From: Minisyncoccota bacterium
Lineage (GTDB): Bacteria; Patescibacteriota; Minisyncoccia; UBA6257; GWB1-50-10
Assembly (NCBI GenBank): GCA_035573955.1
Contig: DATLZO010000018.1
Span: 1-45,379 of the forward strand
Reading direction: 5' to 3'
DNA length: 45,379 nt
In this document: piece by piece, positions 1-7,798 of the stretch
Layout: every line of letters begins with the position of its first letter
How positions within the stretch are numbered: the stretch's first letter is position 1
Position numbers and translations under genes: made by a program
The notes under the pieces: generated by a model
Databases searched by the model: none
Told to the model about the DNA's origin: nothing
What the model saw: the letters and a program-made list of their open reading frames with translations, nothing else

Positions 1-367
1 CGGCCAAACCTCCCTTGCCGGGCGAGACAATATCTATAAAACCCAGCCCCGAGACAACAAAAAAGAGTCCGGCGGCGACGGTGAGCCCGAATACTCTCCT
101 GCGCTCCGTCTGGACGAACGAGAAAGCGAGCATTAAGAAAACGAGCGGGAGCAGGAAGTAACCCCAACCGAGCAGTTTATTGAAGAAAGAATAGAAGCTA
201 TTACCCCACGGACCGGCCTGACCGGTTCCAGCGAGAATAAAAAGCACGGCAATACCGAGGAATGCGACTAGCCAGACACTCTTTTTAACTTCGGGATGAA
301 TCTTCTCGTCCTCCGACGGAATTTCGTCACTCTTACCCTTTCGTTCTCTTTTCTTCTTGCGGGCCAT
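1..367 (-). CDS. ftsK: Probable DNA translocase FtsK/SpoIIIE, N-terminal membrane region (partial, runs off the window)
   Basis: Hand translation from ATG at 367: MARKKKRERKGKSDEIPSEDEKIHPEVKKSVWLVAFLGIAVLFILAGTGQAGPWGNSFYSFFNKLLGWGYFLLPLVFLML..., open to position 1. A basic N-terminus plus several TM helices with the G-x-x-G...LLGW pattern resembles the FtsK 4TM region. The ATPase domain is not in the window. Confidence 0.6.
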   Translation of the reverse strand, partial: MARKKKRERKGKSDEIPSEDEKIHPEVKKSVWLVAFLGIAVLFILAGTGQAGPWGNSFYSFFNKLLGWGYFLLPLVFLMLAFSFVQTERRRVFGLTVAAGLFFVVSGLGFIDIVSPGKGGLA

Positions 368-424
368 TTTGATTCGTATCTATATTTAAACCCAATTCTC
401 CGCCGGTTTCAATATAATAGTAGT

Positions 425-820
425 ATGGATGTTTCCATCTTTAAGGCCTACGACGTCCGCGGACTCTACCCGACCCAAGTGAACCAAGGGGTTGCTTTTG
501 CGCTCGGCTTGGCCTTGGGCAAACATTTCAAAAAAAGTCCTTTGGTGATCGCCCGCGATGGGCGCATTGGCTCCCCGGAGTTATACCGGTCAGTCTTGAA
601 CGGACTTCGGAGGTCGGGCCGCGCGACCGGACTAGTCGAGGCCGGTCTTACAACAACGCCGATGTTCTACTATCTCGTCCAAAAGATGGCCGCTCGCGGC
701 GGCATTATGATCACCGCCTCCCATAACCCCGGTCGATATAACGGTTTCAAGGTGGTGGGCAAAAACGCGGAAATGATTAGCGGTAAAAAGCTATTGAGAA
801 TTATGAATAAAGAATTATGA
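425..820 (+). CDS. Phosphomannomutase/phosphoglucomutase domain I (N-terminal part of a split enzyme)
   Basis: Likely start ATG at 425 (MDVSIFKAYDVRG). Contains FKAYDVRG, D-G-R, TTPM and the phosphoserine motif ITASHNP..YNGFK. TATAAT at 413-418. Confidence 0.9.
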   Translation: MDVSIFKAYDVRGLYPTQVNQGVAFALGLALGKHFKKSPLVIARDGRIGSPELYRSVLNGLRRSGRATGLVEAGLTTTPMFYYLVQKMAARGGIMITASHNPGRYNGFKVVGKNAEMISGKKLLRIMNKEL

Positions 821-1620
821 ATTATGTAAAACTTTACGCGGGTTTCCTGCAAAAACAGGCGGTTGTTAAAAAACCACTCAAAATCGTCCTTGATTGCTCG
901 AACGGTACTGCTGGCTTGATTCTTAAAAAACTGAGAATTCCAAATTCTAGATTCTCCATTATAAATTCTAAGGTGGATGGTCGCTTCCCAGCCCACGGAC
1001 CGAACCCGCTTGAGGCAGGCGCCTTGGATGACGTAAAACGCGAGATAAAAAAGCGTAAATCTGACTTCGGTGTCGTATACGATGCCGATGCCGACCGAGC
1101 TGTGTTCGTCGACAACCTCGGGCGACCCGTACCAGTCCATGCCATCCTTTACCTCCTATCGCTCAAGAGCCGCCCTCCCTACGTCGCCGACCTTTACATC
1201 GCGAAAACTATGAAATTATTAAAGCTTCTTCCCGTTTTCGAATCGCGTGTCGGCACCTTTTTTGTGAAAAGGGAAATGAAACGGCGAGGAGCAAAACTCG
1301 CCGCCGAATTCTCCGGTCACTACTATTTCGGGGACATGAAAAACGCCGACTCGGGGATACTTGCCACGATCAAGGTTATGAATGCTCTTTCTGAACTCCC
1401 CTACAAATTGAGCGAATTCACCGACCTTCTACCAAAGTTCTATTTCGAGCAATGGAACATCCGGACGAAAAAAACTGTCGCTAAATCGCGATCAGCGGGA
1501 AAATGGTTTCTTGTAGTCCGACCCTCCAATACCGAACCTTTGGTGAGATTTTTCCTTGGCTCTCGGGACAAAGAAGTTTTCCTTACAGAACTGAAAAAGC
1601 TCAAAAATCGTCTTTTTTAG
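817..1620 (+). CDS. Phosphomannomutase/phosphoglucomutase domains II-IV (C-terminal part of a split enzyme)
   Basis: IVLDCSNG, DGRFPAHGPNP, metal-binding loop DADADR, sugar-binding AEFSGHYYF and phosphate-binding RPSNTEP. ATGA overlap with the upstream ORF. Confidence 0.9.
   Translation: MNYVKLYAGFLQKQAVVKKPLKIVLDCSNGTAGLILKKLRIPNSRFSIINSKVDGRFPAHGPNPLEAGALDDVKREIKKRKSDFGVVYDADADRAVFVDNLGRPVPVHAILYLLSLKSRPPYVADLYIAKTMKLLKLLPVFESRVGTFFVKREMKRRGAKLAAEFSGHYYFGDMKNADSGILATIKVMNALSELPYKLSEFTDLLPKFYFEQWNIRTKKTVAKSRSAGKWFLVVRPSNTEPLVRFFLGSRDKEVFLTELKKLKNRLF
935..969 (+). repeat. Degenerate 7-nt tandem array inside the PMM CDS
   Basis: GAATTCC-AAATTCT-AGATTCT-CCATTAT-AAATTCT, encoding RIPNSRFSIINSK. 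Confidence 0.6.
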
Positions 1621-1711
1621 CTCTTTCTCTGCTTAAATCTATAACCTCTGCCCAAAGAAGGAAGCAAAAAATGAGGGCAACGGCGATGAAAATCAGTAAT
1701 GCGGCGACCAT
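1601..1711 (-). CDS. Possible small single-TM protein or gene remnant (36 aa)
   Basis: MVAALLIFIAVALIFCFLLWAEVIDLSRERAKKDDF. The frame is open 19 codons further upstream (basic KVIHKTGRRFFQK) with no standard start codon. Overlaps the PMM 3' end by 20 nt. Confidence 0.3.
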   Translation of the reverse strand: MVAALLIFIAVALIFCFLLWAEVIDLSRERAKKDDF

Positions 1712-1879
1712 GAAACCTAAAATACCATATTTTTGAAAGAACCGGCGTCCGGTTTTGTGAATAACTTTCTATTGATCTCAATCAATTTTTAGTCGGGCAG
1801 ACTGATATTGGATGGTGGATGGGTGACTTAAGTTTTATATTTTTCCAAAAGACTAGTGAAAACGAGAAAAAGGATTTTA

Positions 1880-1915
1880 CTGAAAAAGCTGAAAAATTTG
1901 AAAAAACTGAAAAAC
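1880..1915 (+). repeat. 9-nt tandem repeat, 4 copies
   Basis: CTGAAAAAG-CTGAAAAAT-TTGAAAAAA-CTGAAAAAC. Confidence 0.8.
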
Positions 1916-2017
1916 CTGATAGTGCGATGAAATCTACATTTTTCGTTTTTTATCATTTTCCTGTCGCAAAACGAACAAGCTGATAATGCGATGAAAACTA
2001 CATTTGGTCGTTTTTAA
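1916..2017 (+). repeat. Imperfect direct repeat, two copies 64 nt apart
   Basis: CTGATAGTGCGATGAAATCTACATTT (1916-1941) vs CTGATAATGCGATGAAAACTACATTT (1980-2005): 24/26 identical, each followed by TCGTTTTT. Confidence 0.8.
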
Positions 2018-2341
2018 ATGTTTGGCCACAAACAAAATTTTTATATAAATTTTATTTTAAGGAGCTTTTCTACCTTGTTTGTAGCTTACTTCTAAGACGC
2101 TTATATTCCTTGAGCATAGTTATAAATCTTTACCAACCTTATTAATCCTTTGCCTCTCTCGTATCTCGCGTATTTGAAAAGCAAAAGCCGGATTTTAATT
2201 CCTTATCCTAGATGGAGCCTTCCAGCATTTTCGCGAGTCTGGTGGAGAACGTGAAAATTCTTCCTCCATTCACTAAGTTGCGAATGTGGCCATAAGGCAA
2301 TTTGGCATGTAGTATAATTATGATGGATTTTAACTTATTTC

Positions 2342-2707
2342 ATGACCAAAAAATCGGAATTAGGCGCGTGGGGTGAAGATAGGGCGTGTGAATATTTAGT
2401 GGAGAACGACTACCGCATAATTGATCGGAATTTCAGGAAAGCGTGGGGCGAAATCGATATTGTCGCAAAATATAAAGACGGTACGCTGGTTTTTGTGGAG
2501 GTGAAAACGGTAAATAATACAAACACTTCTGGTATTACTGCCGAGGACCAGATGACCAACGCGAAAATCCGCAAGTTCAAAAAAGCAGCTTTGCTCTATG
2601 CTGGTCATCGACCGGAATTAGTAAATAAACTAGGTTGGCGTCTTGATCTTATAACCTTGACAAAATCTGGAGAAAATTTTACTACAAAACACTACCAAAA
2701 TATTTGA
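2342..2707 (+). CDS. yraN: YraN/UPF0102 family PD-(D/E)xK nuclease
   Basis: LGAWGEDRACEYL, GEIDIVA and LVFVEVK motifs; 121 aa; lies near comM. Confidence 0.9.
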   Translation: MTKKSELGAWGEDRACEYLVENDYRIIDRNFRKAWGEIDIVAKYKDGTLVFVEVKTVNNTNTSGITAEDQMTNAKIRKFKKAALLYAGHRPELVNKLGWRLDLITLTKSGENFTTKHYQNI

Positions 2708-2729
2708 GAACAACTATAATTAATCCGTT

Positions 2730-3065
2730 ATGCCATTAACCAAAGAGCAGTTAGAGAAATTTGAGGCACGACTGCAAACGGAAAAAAAGGAGATTCTGGA
2801 CAATATCGGGAAAATGAAGGCCGATCTGGATTTTGGCGACGATACCGACCATCTCGATGAGGAAGCGGATGAAACCGAAGAGATGACAAAGTTTTTGGGT
2901 TTGAAAAAACCGCTCGAGGACAAATTGGAGGCAATTGAAACGGCGCTTGAGCGCATTAGAAAAGGAACCTACGGCAAGTGCGAGAAATGCGGCATGGACA
3001 TTGAAACCGAAGTGCTCGAGGCGGCACCGGAATCATCGCTCTGCAAACATTGTAAATTAGGCTGA
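2730..3065 (+). CDS. TraR/DksA C4-type zinc-finger protein
   Basis: Coiled coil with an acidic tip (DEEADETEE), then IETALERIRKGTYGKCEKC...I...LEAAP...LCKHC (4 Cys). Confidence 0.85.
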   Translation: MPLTKEQLEKFEARLQTEKKEILDNIGKMKADLDFGDDTDHLDEEADETEEMTKFLGLKKPLEDKLEAIETALERIRKGTYGKCEKCGMDIETEVLEAAPESSLCKHCKLG

Positions 3066-3066
3066 C

Positions 3067-4602
3067 GTGGGAGAAGTCGCGCGAATTTATTCCGCCGAAC
3101 TAGATGGAATAGACGCTGAACCCGTCGAAGTGGAGGCTGACTTGAACGTCGGCCTTCATTCTTTCAATATCGTCGGCCTTGCCGACACTGCCGTGAAAGA
3201 GGCGAAAGAAAGAGTGAACTCGGCGCTCAAAAACAGCGGCATCAAACCGCCTTCCAAAGAGAATCGCCGCGTTACTGTGAACCTCGCGCCAGCTGACGTA
3301 AAAAAGGCCGGCTCGCGCTTCGATCTGCCGATTGCAATTGCGTATCTCCTCGCAAGCGGCCAACTGAAAAGTTTCGACACCAGCGATAAGCTTTTTGTTG
3401 GTGAACTATCGCTTGACGGAGACCTCCGACCCATAAATGGTTCACTAAACATAGCCACATTCGCCAAGGACAGGGGATTCAAGGAAATGTTCCTGCCGGA
3501 GATAAATGCGGCCGAAGCGGCCGTCGTAGGCAACCTGAAGATAATCCCCGTAAGGTCTCTAAAACAACTCGTCGAGCATCTGGAGAAAATCTCACTGATC
3601 GAACCGCAACCGCAAACGCAAGTGAAATTCGGCTATCCCCGGTCTCTCCAAAAAGTCGGGGAGATAAAAGGTCAAACTTTCGCAAAACGCGCTCTTCTAG
3701 TCGCAGCTTCCGGCGGCCATAACCTATTGATGAGCGGGCCGCCCGGAACCGGTAAGACGATGCTTGCCGAGGCGCTTGCTTCGCTCCTGCCGCCACCAAG
3801 TCTCCACGAAGCAATGGAGGCGACGCGGATCTGGAGCGCCGTGGGACTCACTGCGGGCTCATCTTTTTTGAACGCGAGACCCTTCCGAGCACCTCATCAT
3901 TCTTCATCGCTTGTGTCACTAATCGGCGGCGGTACAAACCCGCGCCCCGGCGAGATCAGCCTTGCCCACCGCGGCGTGCTTTTCCTCGACGAAATGCCGG
4001 AGTTCCATCGCGATGCCCTGGAGGGTCTCCGCCAGCCGCTCGAGAACGGTTATGTCCATGTCTCCCGCGCCAAAAAGAGCCTGGTTTTCCCAAGCCGCTT
4101 CCAACTCATCGCCGCGATGAATCCCTGCCCCTGCGGATATTTCGACGATCCCGAAAAGAACTGCCGGTGCACCGCGAACGAAATAATGCGTTATAAAAAG
4201 CGGATTTCCGGGCCATTGATGGACCGGATTGACCTCCAAATCGAGGTACCGCGCTTGGCCGTCAAGGAACTCCGGAGCGGAGAAACGGACGAAAACTTGG
4301 AAAAATCTATGCGGGAGAAGGTTATCGCGGCAAGGCGCGTTCAGGAAGAGCGTTTCCGCGACTCTTCCCCACGGATATTCTCCAATGCGGAGATGACATC
4401 TAAGCAAACCGATTTTTTCGTCCGGCTCTCAGCGGAGGCCGAGGATTTTCTGAAGAATAACCTGGAAAGGACATTTCTCTCGCCGCGCGGTTACTACCGA
4501 ATTCTCAAGGTCTCGCGAACTATCGCCGACCTAGAAAAATCCGAGGAAATAAAAAAAGAACATCTTGCGGAGGCATTCCAGTACAGATTAAAAAACGAAT
4601 AA
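3067..4602 (+). CDS. comM: ComM/YifB Mg-chelatase-related AAA+ helicase
   Basis: GTG start. Lon-like N-domain (VGLAD.AVKEAKERV, VNLAPAD, DLPIA), Walker A GPPGTGKT, RPFRAPHH, GEISLAHRGVLFLDE and the zinc motif NPCPCG...CRC. Confidence 0.95.
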   Translation: MGEVARIYSAELDGIDAEPVEVEADLNVGLHSFNIVGLADTAVKEAKERVNSALKNSGIKPPSKENRRVTVNLAPADVKKAGSRFDLPIAIAYLLASGQLKSFDTSDKLFVGELSLDGDLRPINGSLNIATFAKDRGFKEMFLPEINAAEAAVVGNLKIIPVRSLKQLVEHLEKISLIEPQPQTQVKFGYPRSLQKVGEIKGQTFAKRALLVAASGGHNLLMSGPPGTGKTMLAEALASLLPPPSLHEAMEATRIWSAVGLTAGSSFLNARPFRAPHHSSSLVSLIGGGTNPRPGEISLAHRGVLFLDEMPEFHRDALEGLRQPLENGYVHVSRAKKSLVFPSRFQLIAAMNPCPCGYFDDPEKNCRCTANEIMRYKKRISGPLMDRIDLQIEVPRLAVKELRSGETDENLEKSMREKVIAARRVQEERFRDSSPRIFSNAEMTSKQTDFFVRLSAEAEDFLKNNLERTFLSPRGYYRILKVSRTIADLEKSEEIKKEHLAEAFQYRLKNE

Positions 4603-4657
4603 GGGTCTAGGGTTTAGCCAATAGCCGCTAGTGGCTAGACCCTAATCGCTAGTGGCT
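4602..4657. repeat. Eight degenerate 7-nt units forming a hairpin between convergent genes (terminator-like)
   Basis: AGGGTCT-AGGGTTT-AGCCAAT-AGCCGCT-AGTGGCT-AGACCCT-AATCGCT-AGTGGCT. AGGGTCTAG (4602-4610) pairs with CTAGACCCT (4635-4643). Confidence 0.65.
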
Positions 4658-5687
4658 ATCTTACGGCAAACGGATTTCTCGCGCCGTGAACCTCGAAGTG
4701 AAGGTGGCAACCAGTCGGCCCGTGAGTGTTGCCGGTCGAGCCGATCGTCGCGATAGGATCGCCCTGCGAAACGTAGTCACCGACCCTGACTAAGTTACGG
4801 TCGTTGTGGGCGTAGCGCGTCTTCGTTCCGTTCGGATGTTCGATGATTATGTAATTGCCGTACCCCTGATTCCAAAAACCATTCGATGATTCTTCTGCCA
4901 CCAATCCCTCGGCAGAAGCATATATCGGTTTGCCGCACTGATCGGCAATGTCGACGGCATTAGAATTATGGAGCGTGCCCCAGTTCCAACCGCGAGCCGG
5001 CAGCATGAAGTAACCTCCGAGATTCGGTAAATTCTTCGCGAGTTCCTTGTATGTCCCGCCCTCAATGGGCTTGGCATAAGGAAGAATGATATTCGCCCCA
5101 ACCTTGTCTAAAATTTTCTGGATTCCCGGATTGTAGTCCCGGATAGTTTGCGGATCTATTCGGTATCGGCTCGCGATGGATTCAAGCGAATCGCCTTCAC
5201 GGATTGTGTAAACAATTCCCGAAACGGGGAGAATAACAAGCTCCTCACCAACCTTAAGGATTGACCTCGTGTCGGGGTTCGCCCACTTTATGGTCTGGAC
5301 GTTCACACCGAAGGCGGCGGCGATCGAGGAAAGCGTGTCGCCGGCCTGGACCCGGTATTTCTGAAGACCATCACGGGTCTGAACCAGGTTACTCAGAGGA
5401 TGGGAGGCGCCGAGAACGGCGATGCCGTCGAAAACTATGGGCGTTTCCTCTCCGCTTCGGGAAAAGATTCCATCCGAAACGGCAAGCTCCGATCGGCCGA
5501 CGAAAAAACCGAGATCGCCCGCCGGTTCGTCGGGGCCACCGCTCGAGTAGGGTAAATCGCTCTCGGCGCGGCCATTCGGACCGAGATCAGCGAAGATTCC
5601 GAGAAGCGCGAGAGATAAGACGAAAAACAACGACCAGAAGTTAGTCGTCTTCAGAAAACCCGAAAGAACGGGTTTGATATGCTCCAA
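4656..5687 (-). CDS. Membrane-anchored LysM (x2) + M23 family metallopeptidase
   Basis: N-terminal TM helix. LysM repeats YRVQAGDTLSSIA..FGV and YTIREGDSLESIA..Y. M23 motifs AVDIA, IYASAEG, GYGNYIIIEH, YAH, GSTGNT and HLHFEV. Confidence 0.9.
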   Translation of the reverse strand: MEHIKPVLSGFLKTTNFWSLFFVLSLALLGIFADLGPNGRAESDLPYSSGGPDEPAGDLGFFVGRSELAVSDGIFSRSGEETPIVFDGIAVLGASHPLSNLVQTRDGLQKYRVQAGDTLSSIAAAFGVNVQTIKWANPDTRSILKVGEELVILPVSGIVYTIREGDSLESIASRYRIDPQTIRDYNPGIQKILDKVGANIILPYAKPIEGGTYKELAKNLPNLGGYFMLPARGWNWGTLHNSNAVDIADQCGKPIYASAEGLVAEESSNGFWNQGYGNYIIIEHPNGTKTRYAHNDRNLVRVGDYVSQGDPIATIGSTGNTHGPTGCHLHFEVHGARNPFAVR

Positions 5688-5715
5688 AAGAGTACTAATA
5701 TTCTGATACTACCAT

Positions 5716-6507
5716 ATGGAACGCGCACACTCAAGAAGATTGGGCCAATATTTCCTGAAAAACCGAGAAAAGCTTAGGAAAATTGCAGCTTGTTTGGAGA
5801 TTGCGAACGGCGACACAATCGTCGAGATAGGCCCGGGGCACGGAGAGTTGACGAAAGAGTTGGTAGCTGGAATAGAGAATTTAGAATTTAGGTTGATTGC
5901 GATTGAGAAAGACGAGAAACTGGCCCGAGGTTTGCAAGAAAAATTCAAAAACCACAAGAGTATCCAAATCGTGCATGGTGACGCTCTGAAAATCCTCCCT
6001 GAATTGAAAATTGTAAATTGTAAATTGAAAATTACGGGGAATATTCCTTACTACATCACCGGAAAACTTTTGAGAACCATCGGCGACCTAATTACCAATT
6101 ACAAATTACCAATTACTACTTGCGTTCTCACAGTCCAGAAAGAAGTGGCGGAACGAATTTGCGCCAAACCCCCGCACATGAACCTTCTAGCCGCCGCCGT
6201 CCGGTTCTGGGCCGAGCCAAAAATTATAGATTACATTTCCAAAAAAGATTTCAAGCCCCAACCCGATGTCGATTCTGCCGTCGTCAAATTCGAAATTCGA
6301 AATTCGAAATTCGAAATTCAAGATTCTTACTATAAATTAGTAAGAATCTTGTTTAAGCAGCCGCGGAAAACAATTCTCAATAATTTAAGCGTCTTCAAAC
6401 CTAAAGAGGAAATCCTTCCTGTTCTCGAAAAAATGGGGGTAAATCCCGGCCTCCGGCCGCAAAATCTTAGTGTTGAAGACATTAAACTCCTGAGCCGAGT
6501 GCTATAA
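5716..6507 (+). CDS. rsmA: 16S rRNA m6,2A dimethyltransferase KsgA/RsmA
   Basis: LGQYFL, VEIGPGHG, IEKD, GDAL, GNIPYYIT, QKEVAERI and F.PQPDVDSAVV. Confidence 0.95.
   Translation: MERAHSRRLGQYFLKNREKLRKIAACLEIANGDTIVEIGPGHGELTKELVAGIENLEFRLIAIEKDEKLARGLQEKFKNHKSIQIVHGDALKILPELKIVNCKLKITGNIPYYITGKLLRTIGDLITNYKLPITTCVLTVQKEVAERICAKPPHMNLLAAAVRFWAEPKIIDYISKKDFKPQPDVDSAVVKFEIRNSKFEIQDSYYKLVRILFKQPRKTILNNLSVFKPKEEILPVLEKMGVNPGLRPQNLSVEDIKLLSRVL
5869..5894 (+). repeat. 7-nt tandem array 1 in ksgA
   Basis: GGAATAG-AGAATTT-AGAATTT-AGGTT (IENLEFRL). Confidence 0.6.
6002..6035 (+). repeat. 7-nt tandem array 2 in ksgA
   Basis: AATTGAA-AATTGTA-AATTGTA-AATTGAA-AATTAC (LKIVNCKLKIT). Confidence 0.85.
6090..6117 (+). 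repeat. 7-nt tandem array 3 in ksgA
   Basis: AATTACC-AATTACA-AATTACC-AATTACT (ITNYKLPITT). Confidence 0.85.
6286..6327 (+). repeat. 7-nt tandem array 4 in ksgA
   Basis: (AAATTCG)x4-AAATTCA-AGATTCT; 42 nt encoding KFEIRNSKFEIQDS. Confidence 0.9.
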
Positions 6508-6518
6508 TTATTGCAATC

Positions 6519-6932
6519 ATGAGACTATTCGCTCCCGTTTTGATTTTTGTCGCCATTGCCGGTTTCGCGTCGGCAGAAAAAGTCTCCGCTATCGGCGTTA
6601 TCAACCCTTTCGGCGGCAAGGTGGTCACCAATAGTGTCCACGGCGTTGTCTGCCCCGGCGCCGGACCAATTACCATCATTCCGATGGGAATTTCTCCGGT
6701 TGGTCCTTATGCCGTAACCGCCGGCACAAAACGTTATCCTTATGGAACGCCGACGCCGAGCAGTTGGATACTCGGCCTCTACGGGCCAATGTCGCCTATC
6801 TGTCACATTCCCGCCACCGCTTTCTCTCCTCCCATTCCCGTCCCTGCATTTCCGATAATTCTATTTGGAACATCAAAAACAATTCCTGCAAAAAAAACTA
6901 TTATCAAGGGAGGGGATTCGATTCCTAAGTAA
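6519..6932 (+). CDS. Small secreted Pro/Gly-rich hypothetical protein (PFGG motif, Cys pair) at the head of the T4SS-like region
   Basis: Signal-peptide-like N-terminus (MRLFAPVLIFVAIAGFASA), INPFGGKV, two Cys and LFGTS. Extended -10 TGcTATAAT at 6500-6508. Confidence 0.7.
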   Translation: MRLFAPVLIFVAIAGFASAEKVSAIGVINPFGGKVVTNSVHGVVCPGAGPITIIPMGISPVGPYAVTAGTKRYPYGTPTPSSWILGLYGPMSPICHIPATAFSPPIPVPAFPIILFGTSKTIPAKKTIIKGGDSIPK

Positions 6933-6947
6933 AAACCGGAAAAATAG

Positions 6948-6990
6948 TGTTATAATTAAAGCTAAGCCCGTGTTTTTAGAAAGGCTTAGT
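6948..6990 (+). promoter_or_regulatory. Extended -10 promoter followed by a hairpin in the leader of the T4SS-like operon
   Basis: TGtTATAAT at 6948-6956. CTAAGCC (6962-6968) pairs with GGCTTAG (6983-6989), followed by a U-rich tract. Confidence 0.45.
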
Positions 6991-7000
6991 TCTTGTTGAA

Positions 7001-7798
7001 TTGAAAATGATTTTTCTCAACAAAAAAATCATGTCCCTTGCCATAATCGCGACCGGCATTGTTCTGGCCGTAATGATAAATGTTTCTTCCCCCGGCAAAA
7101 AAGAAAAGGGCTTTAAAATCTCTTACCCTAATAAAGAAACCAGCCCCAATCTGGCCTTTCAAATAAACAGAAAGATAAACCAGCCTTTCCCCTCCAATCC
7201 CTCTTCAAACGGAGATTCCTTGACTGACTCGATCGCCAGAGCATATTTGGAAAAAATCCTCCAGAACAACCCGTCGGGGGCGCAGAAATCAGGCGACCAA
7301 ACCCAGCTTGTCATCCCCTCAAACGCTTCCTTTGAGGAAATAATGCAGAACTACCTGAAAACCGGTCTTGTTTGGACGCGGTTCGAAATAAGCGACATTA
7401 AAATAAGCCAGGATAATTCCCCCAAAAACAAGATGTCCTACCTGGAAACCCTGCGAAACATTCTCAATGACAGGAAAAGAACAATAGACGCCGAATTCGG
7501 CGCCTTAACGAAATTTCTGGAAAACAGCGAATCGGCTGAATTTGAAAAATATGTTGCCGGGGTTCAGGAACAACTCGGCAAACTTCTCGCCTTAGCCGCT
7601 CCTTCCGAAATACGTCTTTTCCATCTCCAAGCAGTGAACGCTTGGCAACATCAGCTAGCCGTCTATAAAGCCATTCTCGCGATAAAAGAGGATCCGGCGC
7701 GGGCACTTCTCGGGATAAACGATTTAGCCAACATGGCCGACGAGTTGAGCAATATAAACCTCACCGTTCAAAAAGAATATGAATCGCTCAAATCTTAA
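7001..7798 (+). CDS. Membrane-anchored alpha-helical hypothetical protein (T4SS-like operon)
   Basis: TTG start (alternative ATG at 7007), one N-terminal TM helix and a helical C-terminal part. Overlaps the next gene by 20 nt. Confidence 0.75.
   Translation: MKMIFLNKKIMSLAIIATGIVLAVMINVSSPGKKEKGFKISYPNKETSPNLAFQINRKINQPFPSNPSSNGDSLTDSIARAYLEKILQNNPSGAQKSGDQTQLVIPSNASFEEIMQNYLKTGLVWTRFEISDIKISQDNSPKNKMSYLETLRNILNDRKRTIDAEFGALTKFLENSESAEFEKYVAGVQEQLGKLLALAAPSEIRLFHLQAVNAWQHQLAVYKAILAIKEDPARALLGINDLANMADELSNINLTVQKEYESLKS

Noticed and set aside
296-424. N-terminal extension of the PMM domain I ORF in the track
   Set aside because: It overlaps the divergent ftsK start. ATG 425 follows a TATAAT box and begins at the conserved family N-terminus.
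784-820. Programmed -1 frameshift joining the PMM halves
   Set aside because: The slippery heptamer is incomplete (T-AAA-AAG) and the -1 frame has TAA at 808-810. The ATGA overlap explains the junction better.
1916-1950. Possible dif site near ftsK (AGTGCG resembles the XerC arm)
   Set aside because: No XerD arm (TTATGTTAAAT-like) at the right spacing, and the site is ~19 kb from oriC rather than at the terminus.
1916-2017. Possible CRISPR array (repeat-spacer-repeat, 64-nt period)
   Set aside because: Only two imperfect copies, no third repeat and no cas genes in the window.
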